Below, piece by piece: positions 10,003 to 19,151 of a stretch of 64,000 nt of DNA (within the stretch, counting starts at the first letter, position 1; the number at the start of each line of letters is the position of its first letter). The stretch is from Bdellovibrionales bacterium. Lineage in GTDB: Bacteria > Bdellovibrionota > Bdellovibrionia > Bdellovibrionales > JAUICD01. The stretch lies in NCBI GenBank assembly GCA_965197425.1, contig CBDANC010000015.1, positions 397,013-461,012 on the forward strand, in the 5' to 3' direction. Position numbers and translations under genes: made by a program. The notes beneath the pieces are model-generated. The model was given only the letters and a program-made list of their open reading frames with translations, was not told the origin of the DNA and ran no database searches.

Positions 10003-10290
10003 ATGCCGGTATGCGAGCTTAGTAAAAAAAAGCCTGTGGTTTGTAATTTGGTAAGTCATTCTAATATTAAGACCAAATCTAGAAGCAAACCTAATATTCA
10101 AAGAAAGAAGCTGTACAGTCAGGCTTTGGGGAGCTTTTATACACTCAATATAGCGACCAGTACCCTAAGGGATGTGGAGCATAAAGGTGGTTTGGATTCT
10201 TATATCTTAAAAAAACCAACCTCCTTTTTATCGAAAAGAGCACTTTTGATACAGAAGCGTATTAAAAAGAAATTAAACCACAAAGCGTAA
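10003..10290 (+). CDS. rpmB: 50S ribosomal protein L28
   Basis: CEL..KKP...N.VSHSN.KTK....PN.Q motif; GGAG RBS before ATG at 10003. Confidence 0.92.
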   Translation: MPVCELSKKKPVVCNLVSHSNIKTKSRSKPNIQRKKLYSQALGSFYTLNIATSTLRDVEHKGGLDSYILKKPTSFLSKRALLIQKRIKKKLNHKA

Positions 10291-10318
10291 CACAAGCATT
10301 AAACAGGACATAAATTTG

Positions 10319-10585
10319 ATGGCAGGAAAGTTTAAAATTACAAAAGGCGACGAGGTTAAGGTTATTTCTGGATCAGAAAAAGGGAAGAGAGGCACCGTTT
10401 TAGAAATAAATCAGATCCTCATGAGAGTGAAGGTACAAGGCGTAAAACTAGTAAAAAAACATGACAAAAAAGACGGAATACAAACCAAAGAAGCTTTTAT
10501 AGATTACTCTAATGTAAAAAAAATATCCGATAAAAAACCAGTCAAAAAAACAGATAAGCAACCAGCTAAAAAAGCAAAAAAATAA
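10319..10585 (+). CDS. rplX: 50S ribosomal protein L24 (KOW), short form outside the spc operon
   Basis: KI.KGD.V.VISG..KGK.G.V...V.V.GV..VKKH...GI..KEA.I..SNV. Confidence 0.85.
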   Translation: MAGKFKITKGDEVKVISGSEKGKRGTVLEINQILMRVKVQGVKLVKKHDKKDGIQTKEAFIDYSNVKKISDKKPVKKTDKQPAKKAKK

Positions 10586-10640
10586 AAAGCATTTTAAATG
10601 AGGTAACTAAGATCAATGTTTGGTTTTAAGTTACCGTGTC

Positions 10641-10712
10641 AAACCGACCGTAAGGGAGGTTCTTTCAATTGGAAAACATAAAGGTTTATCCCGTAAGCCA
10701 ATTGGATAAAAC
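10641..10712 (+). repeat. Intergenic REP-like repeat, module B
   Basis: AAACCGACCGTA.GGAGGTT.TTTCAATTGGAAAA.ATAAAG.TTTATCCCGT.AGCCAATTG, shared with 57862 (+), 50300 (-) and 62495 (-). Confidence 0.85.
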
Positions 10713-10734
10713 GTAACTAATCAGTCAATTAATG

Positions 10735-12561
10735 TTAGGATTTTATGATAGCTAAAAAAGCTTGTTGGGGAACTTCGACATTACCTATGTTTTTCATTCG
10801 CTTCTTGCCCTTTTTCTGCTTTTCTAAAAGCTTTCTCTTTCTGGTAATGTCTCCACCATAGCATTTTGCAGTAACATCTTTTCTTAATGCGCTTATTGTT
10901 TCTCTAGCTATAATCTTGGATCCAATGGCTGCTTGAATAGCTATTTGAAATTGTTGTTTGGGTAGTAGTTCCTTTATTTTTTTAGTAAGTGCTCTTCCTC
11001 TGTAATATGCGTTGTCTTTGTGAATTATAACAGACAGTGCATCCACTTTTTCACCAGCAAGTAAAATATCAACCCTAACCAACTTTGCTTCTTCAAAACC
11101 CATAATTTCATAGTCCATTGAAGCATAACCTTTAGAAATAGATTTAATTTTGTCATAAAAATCTAAAACCATCTCACTCATGGGCAACTTGTACTCCAAC
11201 ATTGCTTTAGAATCACTTATGAACTCTAGCTTTTGTTGAGTCCCTCTTCTGTCTTGACAGAGGGCAAGTATTCCTCCTAAGTAATCAGATGGTGTGTGTA
11301 TAGTTATTCTCAAAATAGGTTCTTCAATTTTAGCAATAGTACTAGTATCAGGAAGTTCAGATGGATTGTCCAAGACTACCAATTCACCACTTGTTTTGTG
11401 AACATGGTATACAACGCTTGGGGCTGTTGTTATAAGATCTAGATTAAATTCTCGCTCAAGCCTTTCTTGTACAATATCCATGTGTAGTAAACCTAAAAAC
11501 CCACACCTAAAACCAAGCCCCAAGGCCCCAGAATTTTCCGGTTCAAAACTTAAACTAGAATCATTTAAACAAAGCTTACTTAGACTATCTTTTAATTTGG
11601 CGTAATCATTTGGATCAATAGGAAAAATTCCAGAGAAAACCAACGGTTTTACTACTTTAAAACCAGATAATGGTGTTGTACATGGTTGTTTAGCTAAGGT
11701 GATAGTTTCACCAACTTTTACATCTCTAATATTTTTTATTCCACAGATCACAAATCCAACCTCTCCAGCATTTAGAGTTTTTTGCTCTAATGGAAAAGGT
11801 GCATTTATACCCAACTTTAATACTTCATAGTCCACGCCAGACGCAGTAAACCTGACCTTATCTCCTACAGAAATCGAACCATCAAAAATACGGCACAACA
11901 CAACTACACCCTGATAGGAATCAAACCAGGAATCAAACACTAAAGCTCTTAAGGATTGTGTGGAATCCTCCTTTGGAGGAGGAATATCATTGATTATTGA
12001 CTCTAGTACGTCATCAATCCCTATATTATCTTTTGCACTAGTGTAGATAGCTTTTGTTGTGTCAATTCCAAGTGTATTCTGAATTTGTTCCGCTACAGCT
12101 TTTGGATTAGCAGAAGGTAGATCTATTTTGTTGATGATAGGAATCAAGTCTAAATTATTTTCGATTGCCAAGTACACATTAGCTAGTGTTTGAGCTTCTA
12201 TTCCCTGCGCAGCATCTACTATAAGTAATGCTCCTTCACATGCTGCTAGTGATCGGGATACTTCATAAGAGAAGTCGACATGACCTGGTGTATCTATTAA
12301 ATTTAGTTGATAAATTTTTTTGTTTTTGGCCTCATATTGTAATCTTACACTCTGGGCTTTTATGGTTATTCCCCGCTCCCTTTCCAAGTCCATGTTATCT
12401 AAAAACTGGTGCTTCTTTTCTCTATCAGACAGCGAACCTGTTTTTGACAAAAGAGAGTCTGCCAATGTGGATTTGCCATGATCTATGTGTGCTATTATGG
12501 AAAAATTGCGTATATAATCTATAGGTTTTTTAGCTCGTTTACCTTGTTCAATTTTTCCCAT
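10735..12561 (-). CDS. lepA: Elongation factor 4
   Basis: [28 protein letters not shown] and [18 protein letters not shown]. Confidence 0.98.
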   Translation of the reverse strand: MGKIEQGKRAKKPIDYIRNFSIIAHIDHGKSTLADSLLSKTGSLSDREKKHQFLDNMDLERERGITIKAQSVRLQYEAKNKKIYQLNLIDTPGHVDFSYEVSRSLAACEGALLIVDAAQGIEAQTLANVYLAIENNLDLIPIINKIDLPSANPKAVAEQIQNTLGIDTTKAIYTSAKDNIGIDDVLESIINDIPPPKEDSTQSLRALVFDSWFDSYQGVVVLCRIFDGSISVGDKVRFTASGVDYEVLKLGINAPFPLEQKTLNAGEVGFVICGIKNIRDVKVGETITLAKQPCTTPLSGFKVVKPLVFSGIFPIDPNDYAKLKDSLSKLCLNDSSLSFEPENSGALGLGFRCGFLGLLHMDIVQERLEREFNLDLITTAPSVVYHVHKTSGELVVLDNPSELPDTSTIAKIEEPILRITIHTPSDYLGGILALCQDRRGTQQKLEFISDSKAMLEYKLPMSEMVLDFYDKIKSISKGYASMDYEIMGFEEAKLVRVDILLAGEKVDALSVIIHKDNAYYRGRALTKKIKELLPKQQFQIAIQAAIGSKIIARETISALRKDVTAKCYGGDITRKRKLLEKQKKGKKRMKNIGNVEVPQQAFLAIIKS

Positions 12562-13664
12562 GTAAACTCTTCCTCATTTCTGCCAAAATGCCCATAAGAC
12601 GCAGTTTTTAGATATATTGGCTTTAACAGTTCAAAGTCATTTATAATTGATTTCGGACTGAAGTTCCAAATTTCTCTAACAGCCTTTTCAATTTTTGAGA
12701 CTTCCACTTTTGCAGTGTTATAGTCATTTATCATCAAACTTACTGGGTTTGATTTTCCTATGACATAGGATAACTGTACTAGGCACTTATCAGCAAGCTT
12801 AGCCCCAACAATATTTTTTGCTATATGACGAGCGAGGTAGGCAGCTGACCTATCAACCTTAGATGGATCTTTGCCACTAAATGCTCCACCGCCATGTGCT
12901 CCATGACCACCATATGTATCTACCACTATTTTTCTTCCAGTTAAACCGCAGTCTGCCTGAGGGCCTCCTATGGTAAACTTCCCTGTAGGATTAAATAAAA
13001 AATTAACATTACTATCGATCAAGTGTTCTGGTATAACCTGAAGCACAACCTCATTGTAAACCTCTTCTTTTAGTTTTTTAATCGACACACCTTCTTCATG
13101 ATGCGCACTGATCACTATTGTATCAATTCTCCTAGGCTGGCCATCAATATAGTCAACAGTGACTTGCCCTTTACTGTCCGGAAACAGGCCTTTTATAATT
13201 CCCTTTTTTCTTACCTCAGAAATTCGTTTCATTAACATGTTTGAGTAGTAGATTGAAATGGGCATTAGGTTTGGTGTTTCGTTTACCGCGTATCCAAACA
13301 TGATACCTTGATCCCCAGCTCCTTGTTCTTTTTTATCTGATGAATCAACACCCATCGCAATGTCTGCACTTTGTTTTTCGAAGGACAAAATTATAGGTGC
13401 TCTGTTAGAGTCAAAACCAGCAAGTTCATTGTCATAACCAATATCCTTTATTACTTTTCTTACAATGTTAGGATAGTTAATGTCTGCTGTTGTGGAAATT
13501 TCTCCTGCTAAAACTACTAGCTTGGAAGAGATAAGTGTTTCACACGCAACTCTACTGTTTGGATCTTTTTCTAACAAAGCATCCAGTATGGCATCACTTA
13601 TTTGATCTGCTACTTTATCAGGGTGACCCCCAGATACCGATTCACTAGTAAACTTATAGTTCAT
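12519..13664 (-). CDS. metK: S-adenosylmethionine synthetase
   Basis: FTSESV..GHPDK, GAGDQG and [19 protein letters not shown]. Confidence 0.98.
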   Translation of the reverse strand: MNYKFTSESVSGGHPDKVADQISDAILDALLEKDPNSRVACETLISSKLVVLAGEISTTADINYPNIVRKVIKDIGYDNELAGFDSNRAPIILSFEKQSADIAMGVDSSDKKEQGAGDQGIMFGYAVNETPNLMPISIYYSNMLMKRISEVRKKGIIKGLFPDSKGQVTVDYIDGQPRRIDTIVISAHHEEGVSIKKLKEEVYNEVVLQVIPEHLIDSNVNFLFNPTGKFTIGGPQADCGLTGRKIVVDTYGGHGAHGGGAFSGKDPSKVDRSAAYLARHIAKNIVGAKLADKCLVQLSYVIGKSNPVSLMINDYNTAKVEVSKIEKAVREIWNFSPKSIINDFELLKPIYLKTASYGHFGRNEEEFTWEKLNKVNELKNL

Positions 13665-13697
13665 GGGTACAGAGGCTTATCACATATGATGTGATAA

Positions 13698-14042
13698 TCA
13701 AGATGCTTTTTTTGTTCTGTATCTAGAAACTTTCTTGCTCTTTATCTTAGAAAGTTGCCCCAGAGCTTTTTCAATAGCACCATCTACTGTTTTGTATAGG
13801 TTAGAGTTTTGGTTTCTAGAAGCCAGATTTATACCAGGACCTCTTACCACAACCGTAGCTTTATACTGGTGACGCTGTACGCCTAAAGATAACAATGCAC
13901 GCACACGAAGGCTTTGCATCTTATTAATTCTATCAAGCTGACCCAAGATATAACTCTCAATGTTTGATCTATTTAAAACTATGCTTGGTTGGATATTAAT
14001 ATCACTCACATTATCCACAAGATTGGAAGTTTGATAACTCAT
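13698..14042 (-). CDS. Ribosome hibernation factor HPF/RaiA family protein
   Basis: Size and pattern (NLY..VD.A.EK...QL.K.K.K) match the sigma54 modulation/S30EA family. Confidence 0.6.
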   Translation of the reverse strand: MSYQTSNLVDNVSDINIQPSIVLNRSNIESYILGQLDRINKMQSLRVRALLSLGVQRHQYKATVVVRGPGINLASRNQNSNLYKTVDGAIEKALGQLSKIKSKKVSRYRTKKAS

Positions 14043-14134
14043 AGAACCCCCTTTTTTGCCCGTTTGGCAGGCAAGACACAGCTCCCATTCTAACTCAAAA
14101 AAATATAATTTACATGATGAATATGATGATAATT

Positions 14135-15928
14135 TTAAGCTAGGAGGTTATATGTGATTAACATGAGGACATAAGCTAGTACCGTGTATGCTATAAACAA
14201 TAGTATTGGTATTTTGTAGCTTCCTAACTCTTTTCTAATTATGGCCAGGGTTGATACACATTGCAGAGCTATGGCATAGAACACTAATAGGCTTAGTCCA
14301 GATGCCAGGCTTAAATCTGCTAGATGCTCCGATAGCCCTACCAAGTTATTGTTTATATTTTCTAGGCCGTAGAGTGTTGCCAGTGTTCCTACAAACACTT
14401 CTCTTGCCAAAAAAGATGATATTATTGCTACTCCAAATTTCCAGTCTAAACCTACTGGTGCAAATATTGGGCTAATTAGATGACTAATTTTTGCAAGCCA
14501 CGATGAAGATAAGCTTCCAGCTCCGTTTGGAAAATATCCTAGTAACCACACCACAACAGTAACTGAAAATATTATAAATCCAGCTTTGAGCACAAATAGC
14601 CAAGATTGTTGTAGGCCGGTTAATGTTATTGATTTTAGGTTTGGCATTCTGTAGGGAGGAAGCTCAATAATAAATGGCATATCTGAGTATTTTTTTGCAA
14701 ATGTGTTAGCTAAAAAATACGATATTAACAACGCTGCCACAATTCCTAGAGAATATAACCCGGTAAAGAAGGTACCCTGAAGCCCCACAACTCCAAAGAA
14801 ACTTATATTTGGTATTAACACTGAAATTAGCAGTGCATATACTGGCAGCCTTGCAGAACATGCCATTAACGGAATCGTAAGCATCGTAAGCAACCTTCTT
14901 CTTGGAGAAGCTATTGTTCTAGCTGCAAAGATTGCAGGTATAGCACATGCATGTGCCGATAGAAATGGTATAAAACTTCTGCCAGATAACCCAAAAAAAC
15001 TAAACACTCTATGGCAGAATATACTAGCACGAGCTAAGTACCCCGAATCTTCTAAAAATGATATTATAAAAGTTAGTATAAATATTTGCGGCACAAATAC
15101 CAAAAATGATCCACAACCACCAAACAATGCATCTTTAACAAAGTCTTTTAATATTTGGTTTGAAATAAGGTTGGCCGTAGCTGTTCCAGTTTGTGAAATT
15201 AGGGTTTCAATTGCATTCATCAGAGGTGCTGACCAAGTAAAGATAGCTTGAAACAAAATTAACATTGAAGATACAAAGATTACTGTACCCCAAAGTCCCG
15301 ATAGAAAAATTTTATCTAGCTTATTACCTCTTTTTATTAGAAGTCCTGGATTAGACAAAAATGTTCTAGCTACTTTTCTGCTTAAGTTATAAATATCATC
15401 TTTTGATTCTGGTACTTGTTCTTGTAGTATACCTACGGACTCATCTTTTATTGCTTGTTTTAATTTGTCTAAATTTTCTCCGGTCTTTGCAGAAATGGGT
15501 ACTGTATGTGTTTTTAGATCCTTTTCTAATTCTTCAATGGTAATTTTGACATCATTTTTTTTGATTTCATCTATCATGTTAAGGGCAAAAATAAATCTTT
15601 TATTATGTTTTCTGGCTATCTCTTTTGCCTGTAACCCCACCACTAAACTTCTCTCCAACCTGGTGGCATCTAGTACACACACCACAACAGACTTTTGGGT
15701 TTTTACTCCGTCTATAAATTTGTTTATGGCTACTTCTTCATCACTAGTTATAGGGTCTAAGGAATAGACACCTGGGTAATCTATATACGTAATGTTGTTC
15801 GAACATCCTGATTTTACTTCTACCGTAACCCCTGGAAAGTTGGATACTTTTTGATTTGCCCCAGCTAGTTTATTAAAAAGAAGGCTTTTTCCCGTATTAG
15901 GTTTTCCAATAAAAAGAGCAGTTGTCAC
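14135..15928 (-). CDS. feoB: Ferrous iron transporter B
   Basis: G.PN.GKS.LFN.L.G, NFPGVTVE, D.PG.YSL, LEDSGYLAR, CSARLPVY and ELP.Y..P. Confidence 0.95.
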   Translation of the reverse strand: MTTALFIGKPNTGKSLLFNKLAGANQKVSNFPGVTVEVKSGCSNNITYIDYPGVYSLDPITSDEEVAINKFIDGVKTQKSVVVCVLDATRLERSLVVGLQAKEIARKHNKRFIFALNMIDEIKKNDVKITIEELEKDLKTHTVPISAKTGENLDKLKQAIKDESVGILQEQVPESKDDIYNLSRKVARTFLSNPGLLIKRGNKLDKIFLSGLWGTVIFVSSMLILFQAIFTWSAPLMNAIETLISQTGTATANLISNQILKDFVKDALFGGCGSFLVFVPQIFILTFIISFLEDSGYLARASIFCHRVFSFFGLSGRSFIPFLSAHACAIPAIFAARTIASPRRRLLTMLTIPLMACSARLPVYALLISVLIPNISFFGVVGLQGTFFTGLYSLGIVAALLISYFLANTFAKKYSDMPFIIELPPYRMPNLKSITLTGLQQSWLFVLKAGFIIFSVTVVVWLLGYFPNGAGSLSSSWLAKISHLISPIFAPVGLDWKFGVAIISSFLAREVFVGTLATLYGLENINNNLVGLSEHLADLSLASGLSLLVFYAIALQCVSTLAIIRKELGSYKIPILLFIAYTVLAYVLMLITYNLLA

Positions 15929-16001
15929 AGCTTATCCAAAAATATTTTTGTTGTAATAGAAAACTTAGATGCTTAACAGTGGATATAGTCGTTTTTGTTT
16001 A

Positions 16002-16256
16002 TTACCTCTGAATAAGTACTTTTTGAGCAAGGTCTTTTGGTAGAGAAATTTGAAAACCTCCAACATTAAACACTTTAGACTTCCCAAAAGGTATAGTATG
16101 TTCACAAATTATCTCTGATTGTAAATCAAGGCCCATGCCCCTAAGCCTATCAACATGGCCATCTGCAAGACCAGAAAAACCATCAACATATCCAGTTTCT
16201 TTTTTCTTTAAATCCCAAAGGGATGTTTTTTTATCAACTGAAACTTCCGACATCAT
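16002..16256 (-). CDS. feoA: Ferrous iron transport protein A
   Basis: SH3-like RL..MG...P.G pattern, directly upstream of feoB. Confidence 0.8.
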   Translation of the reverse strand: MMSEVSVDKKTSLWDLKKKETGYVDGFSGLADGHVDRLRGMGLDLQSEIICEHTIPFGKSKVFNVGGFQISLPKDLAQKVLIQR

Positions 16257-16439
16257 CGTACCTTAAACATCATCACATCTCATCATTACACTTCCAAACA
16301 GTATCGTTGTTAAGCCAGTATCGTATCTAACATCAGCTATATGATCATCAAATATTCGATAATTACTACCAGCAAAACCAGAAGAGACTAGAGTAAAATT
16401 ACTTGAAATACAATTTTATTCTGGCTAAAACTTTATGCT

Positions 16440-16709
16440 ATGAAGCGCAAAGGTAGTATAAAGGCCAGGTGCAGTGTTCCATTGCTAGATCTTCACGGAG
16501 TAACTTCGGATGAGGTTTTTGGTTTATTGGATAAATTTTTGTTAGATGCTATGGATGAAGTTGTGGTAAAGGTGATGCCTGGAAAGGGTACCGGTGTTGT
16601 AAAAAATAAAGTGGTGGAATACTTGGAAGGTGCTGGTTACAAATGGAGCTATGAGCTTAAAGGGGATGGCAACTATAACACTGGCGTTTTATTGGTTAGA
16701 ATGGCATAG
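16440..16709 (+). CDS. Smr/MutS2 domain protein
   Basis: LDLHG, GKGTG and G.L.V motifs. Confidence 0.88.
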   Translation: MKRKGSIKARCSVPLLDLHGVTSDEVFGLLDKFLLDAMDEVVVKVMPGKGTGVVKNKVVEYLEGAGYKWSYELKGDGNYNTGVLLVRMA

Positions 16710-16717
16710 GATCTTTT

Positions 16718-17431
16718 ATGGCAAAGAAATTAACTAAGGAAGATTTAAGCACCAAGGGAATATTGCACAATATTGCTCTAGGGTCTTTGGCATTTTATCA
16801 AAATCACAAAAAACTGGTTATATTTTTGCTAGGATTTTTGGTTCTTGGTGGCATTTTTTTTAAGGTAATGTATGACAAAAAAAAGGGGGCCCTTCTGGAA
16901 GGTTTTAAAGCCCTATATGTACCAATGAGTGAACAAGAAAAAATAACTAAGTTAGAACTTGAAAAGGTAGAAGTAAATAGCCAAGAGATTAATATAGAAG
17001 AAATAAAGTCTCAGGTGAAACTTGATTATGATAAGCTTCTTAGAGAGGAGCATCCAGATCAGGTTATGATTTTTGCTGCCTTGAATTTGGCAGATATTCA
17101 CAGGAAAAATGGTGATATAGATGCCGCCATTTCTGCATTTTCAAATGTAAATTTAGATGGTAAATATTTTTTAAGTGGTCTAGGGGCTATGATGTTGGCA
17201 TCCTTGTATGAAGAGTCTGCTAATTGTGATAGAGCTTTGGAGTTATGGGATGAAGTTATAAAAAAGTTTTCTTTTTTTAGAACTGAAGCTCTGTTGAAAA
17301 AAGCTCTTTGTTTAGAAGATAGTGATATGGAGCAAGCTTTGGATATCTACACTAGGTTGTCGGTCGATTCGCCAGATACTTCTGAAGGTGTTTTAGCAAA
17401 AAAGCTACTTATGATTAAGCGTGGGAAGTAA
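16718..17431 (+). CDS. YfgM-like membrane-anchored TPR protein
   Basis: One N-terminal TM segment and TPR-like helices; translationally coupled to bamB. Confidence 0.7.
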   Translation: MAKKLTKEDLSTKGILHNIALGSLAFYQNHKKLVIFLLGFLVLGGIFFKVMYDKKKGALLEGFKALYVPMSEQEKITKLELEKVEVNSQEINIEEIKSQVKLDYDKLLREEHPDQVMIFAALNLADIHRKNGDIDAAISAFSNVNLDGKYFLSGLGAMMLASLYEESANCDRALELWDEVIKKFSFFRTEALLKKALCLEDSDMEQALDIYTRLSVDSPDTSEGVLAKKLLMIKRGK

Positions 17432-18516
17432 TGAATATATTAAAAATTTTGTTATTAGGCTTACTTTTCGTCTCCTGTATTTCTGCTGGTGAAAAACCTA
17501 TGGATGGTATGACAAGAAAGTGGATTAGAAGTACTATAAAACCCCCTTACTTAGGCCCCAAGTTATCTCATTTGATGAGTCCTGTTTTTTTGAATGAACT
17601 TGTAATTCAAGGTAATGGTCACGGCTCTTTGGTAGCTATAGACGCTGATAGTGGTAGGATTTCTTGGAAATTTAATGCTAAGCATGGGGTACATGGTGCC
17701 ACTGTCTTGGGGGATAAGTTATTTTTTGGTACAGAAGCAGGTTGGGTTGTTTGCTTGGATAATAAGGGCAACCAACTTTGGGATTTAAAATTAGAAGCTG
17801 GTGTCTATTCAAAGCCTACAATACATGAAAACTTCCTTTATTTATTAACCGGCGATAATGCTGTCTATTCAATAAATCTAGATACTAAAAACATAACTTG
17901 GACTTACAGCCGAAACAGCAATGTTTCTATGAGTGTGTTAGGAAGTAGTTCCCCTATACCCTACAAAGATATTCTGTTGGTAGGCCTTAGTGATGGGTAT
18001 CTGGTGACATTAAATCAAAAATCCGGTTTGTTAGTCTGGGAAAAAAAACTTAACACTTCAGATAAGTTTAAAGATATAGATGGGATGGCTTTGGACGGCG
18101 ATATGTTGTATGTATCAAATTTTGATGCAGATTTACTTGGTCTTAATGCTAAAGATGGCAGCTTGGTATGGAAGAGCGAGAATTCGGGAGGAGGTAGTGA
18201 TCCTACAGTAGCGGAAGATATTGTATTGATCTCATCATCTAACGGCGGCGTAGAGGCACTTAAAAAGGCTACGGGCGAAAAGCTCTGGACATTTAAACTA
18301 AAATCAGGATTTGCAACAAAACCCCTGGTATCAAGTAACACTGTATATTTTGGCCAGAACAATGGTCCTGTTGTTGGTTTAGATATTAGAGACGGCAAAC
18401 AACTGTTTTCTTATGCTGTTTCAGGGACATTGGCAACACCTAGTATATCCGGCAATACTCTTTACCTTATCTCTAATGCAGGTAATTTGAACGCCATAAA
18501 CACCAACACTGATTGA
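17431..18516 (+). CDS. bamB: BamB-like PQQ-repeat beta-propeller lipoprotein
   Basis: Lipobox FVSC; repeated A.D..SG...W blades; yfgM-bamB synteny. Confidence 0.72.
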   Translation: MNILKILLLGLLFVSCISAGEKPMDGMTRKWIRSTIKPPYLGPKLSHLMSPVFLNELVIQGNGHGSLVAIDADSGRISWKFNAKHGVHGATVLGDKLFFGTEAGWVVCLDNKGNQLWDLKLEAGVYSKPTIHENFLYLLTGDNAVYSINLDTKNITWTYSRNSNVSMSVLGSSSPIPYKDILLVGLSDGYLVTLNQKSGLLVWEKKLNTSDKFKDIDGMALDGDMLYVSNFDADLLGLNAKDGSLVWKSENSGGGSDPTVAEDIVLISSSNGGVEALKKATGEKLWTFKLKSGFATKPLVSSNTVYFGQNNGPVVGLDIRDGKQLFSYAVSGTLATPSISGNTLYLISNAGNLNAINTNTD

Positions 18517-18585
18517 TCCTGGTCCAACTAAAGCTAGGGAATTTTCATACTCCGCCAATTCACCTTGTTTCTAGCCTCATTAACC

Positions 18586-18686
18586 TCACCTTATCTGGTA
18601 TATTTTTAATTTTTTCATAAGATATGTTGTCTCTCTTTTTTTAAAAAAAGGAGACAATTGCCAGATCCCGGACTGCCCGATCTCTA
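18586..18686 (-). pseudogene. Truncated four-helix-bundle element (5' flank, leader hairpin, first 10 codons)
   Basis: The minus strand reads GATCGGGCAGTCCGGGATCTGGC-AATTGTCTCCTTTTTTT-AAAAAAAGAGAGACAA..ATG and then MKKLKIYQIR* (copy 2 begins MKKLKTYQLA). Confidence 0.75.
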
Positions 18687-18769
18687 TGTAGTAGGTACTT
18701 CTCCTTACGATAATGGATTGGCTGTGAGGGAGACGCAAAAACATGATATTATTTCTACCTCTGATTTGT

Positions 18770-18980
18770 CGAAAAAACGGAGGGTTTACGGGGGACCTTC
18801 CGTAACGTAATTCGTCCAGCAAAAATGGAATAAGTCCCATTGTTTGCTGAACGGGAATCAGTGTTGAGCTTTTATGACCGGGATTGGCATCTTGTTCCAG
18901 AGCTGGGCATCCACTCGGCTAAAAAATGACTTGGCTACACTTGGACTTCGTCTTGTTCGTTCCGCCAATCCATTTTATTA
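18770..18980 (+). repeat. Intergenic REP-like mosaic (module E + module A variant)
   Basis: AACGTAATTCG-hairpin-TCAGTGTT, then GGGATTGGCATC..TCCAGAGCTGGGCA.CCACTCGG...GGAAGACCTT. Confidence 0.8.
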
Positions 18981-19151
18981 ACCTCATTGGAAGACCTTTG
19001 TGTATCATTGTCGTACAAGGTGACTCTTTAGAATTTGCTTGAAGATGTTACCTGTTTTTTCCGAAAAGTCATAGTCAGGCTTTTATTTATGTTGGTTAGG
19101 TACAAACTGTATAGCCATAGTTTGTAGTTTTGTAGGTATACAAATAGGTTT

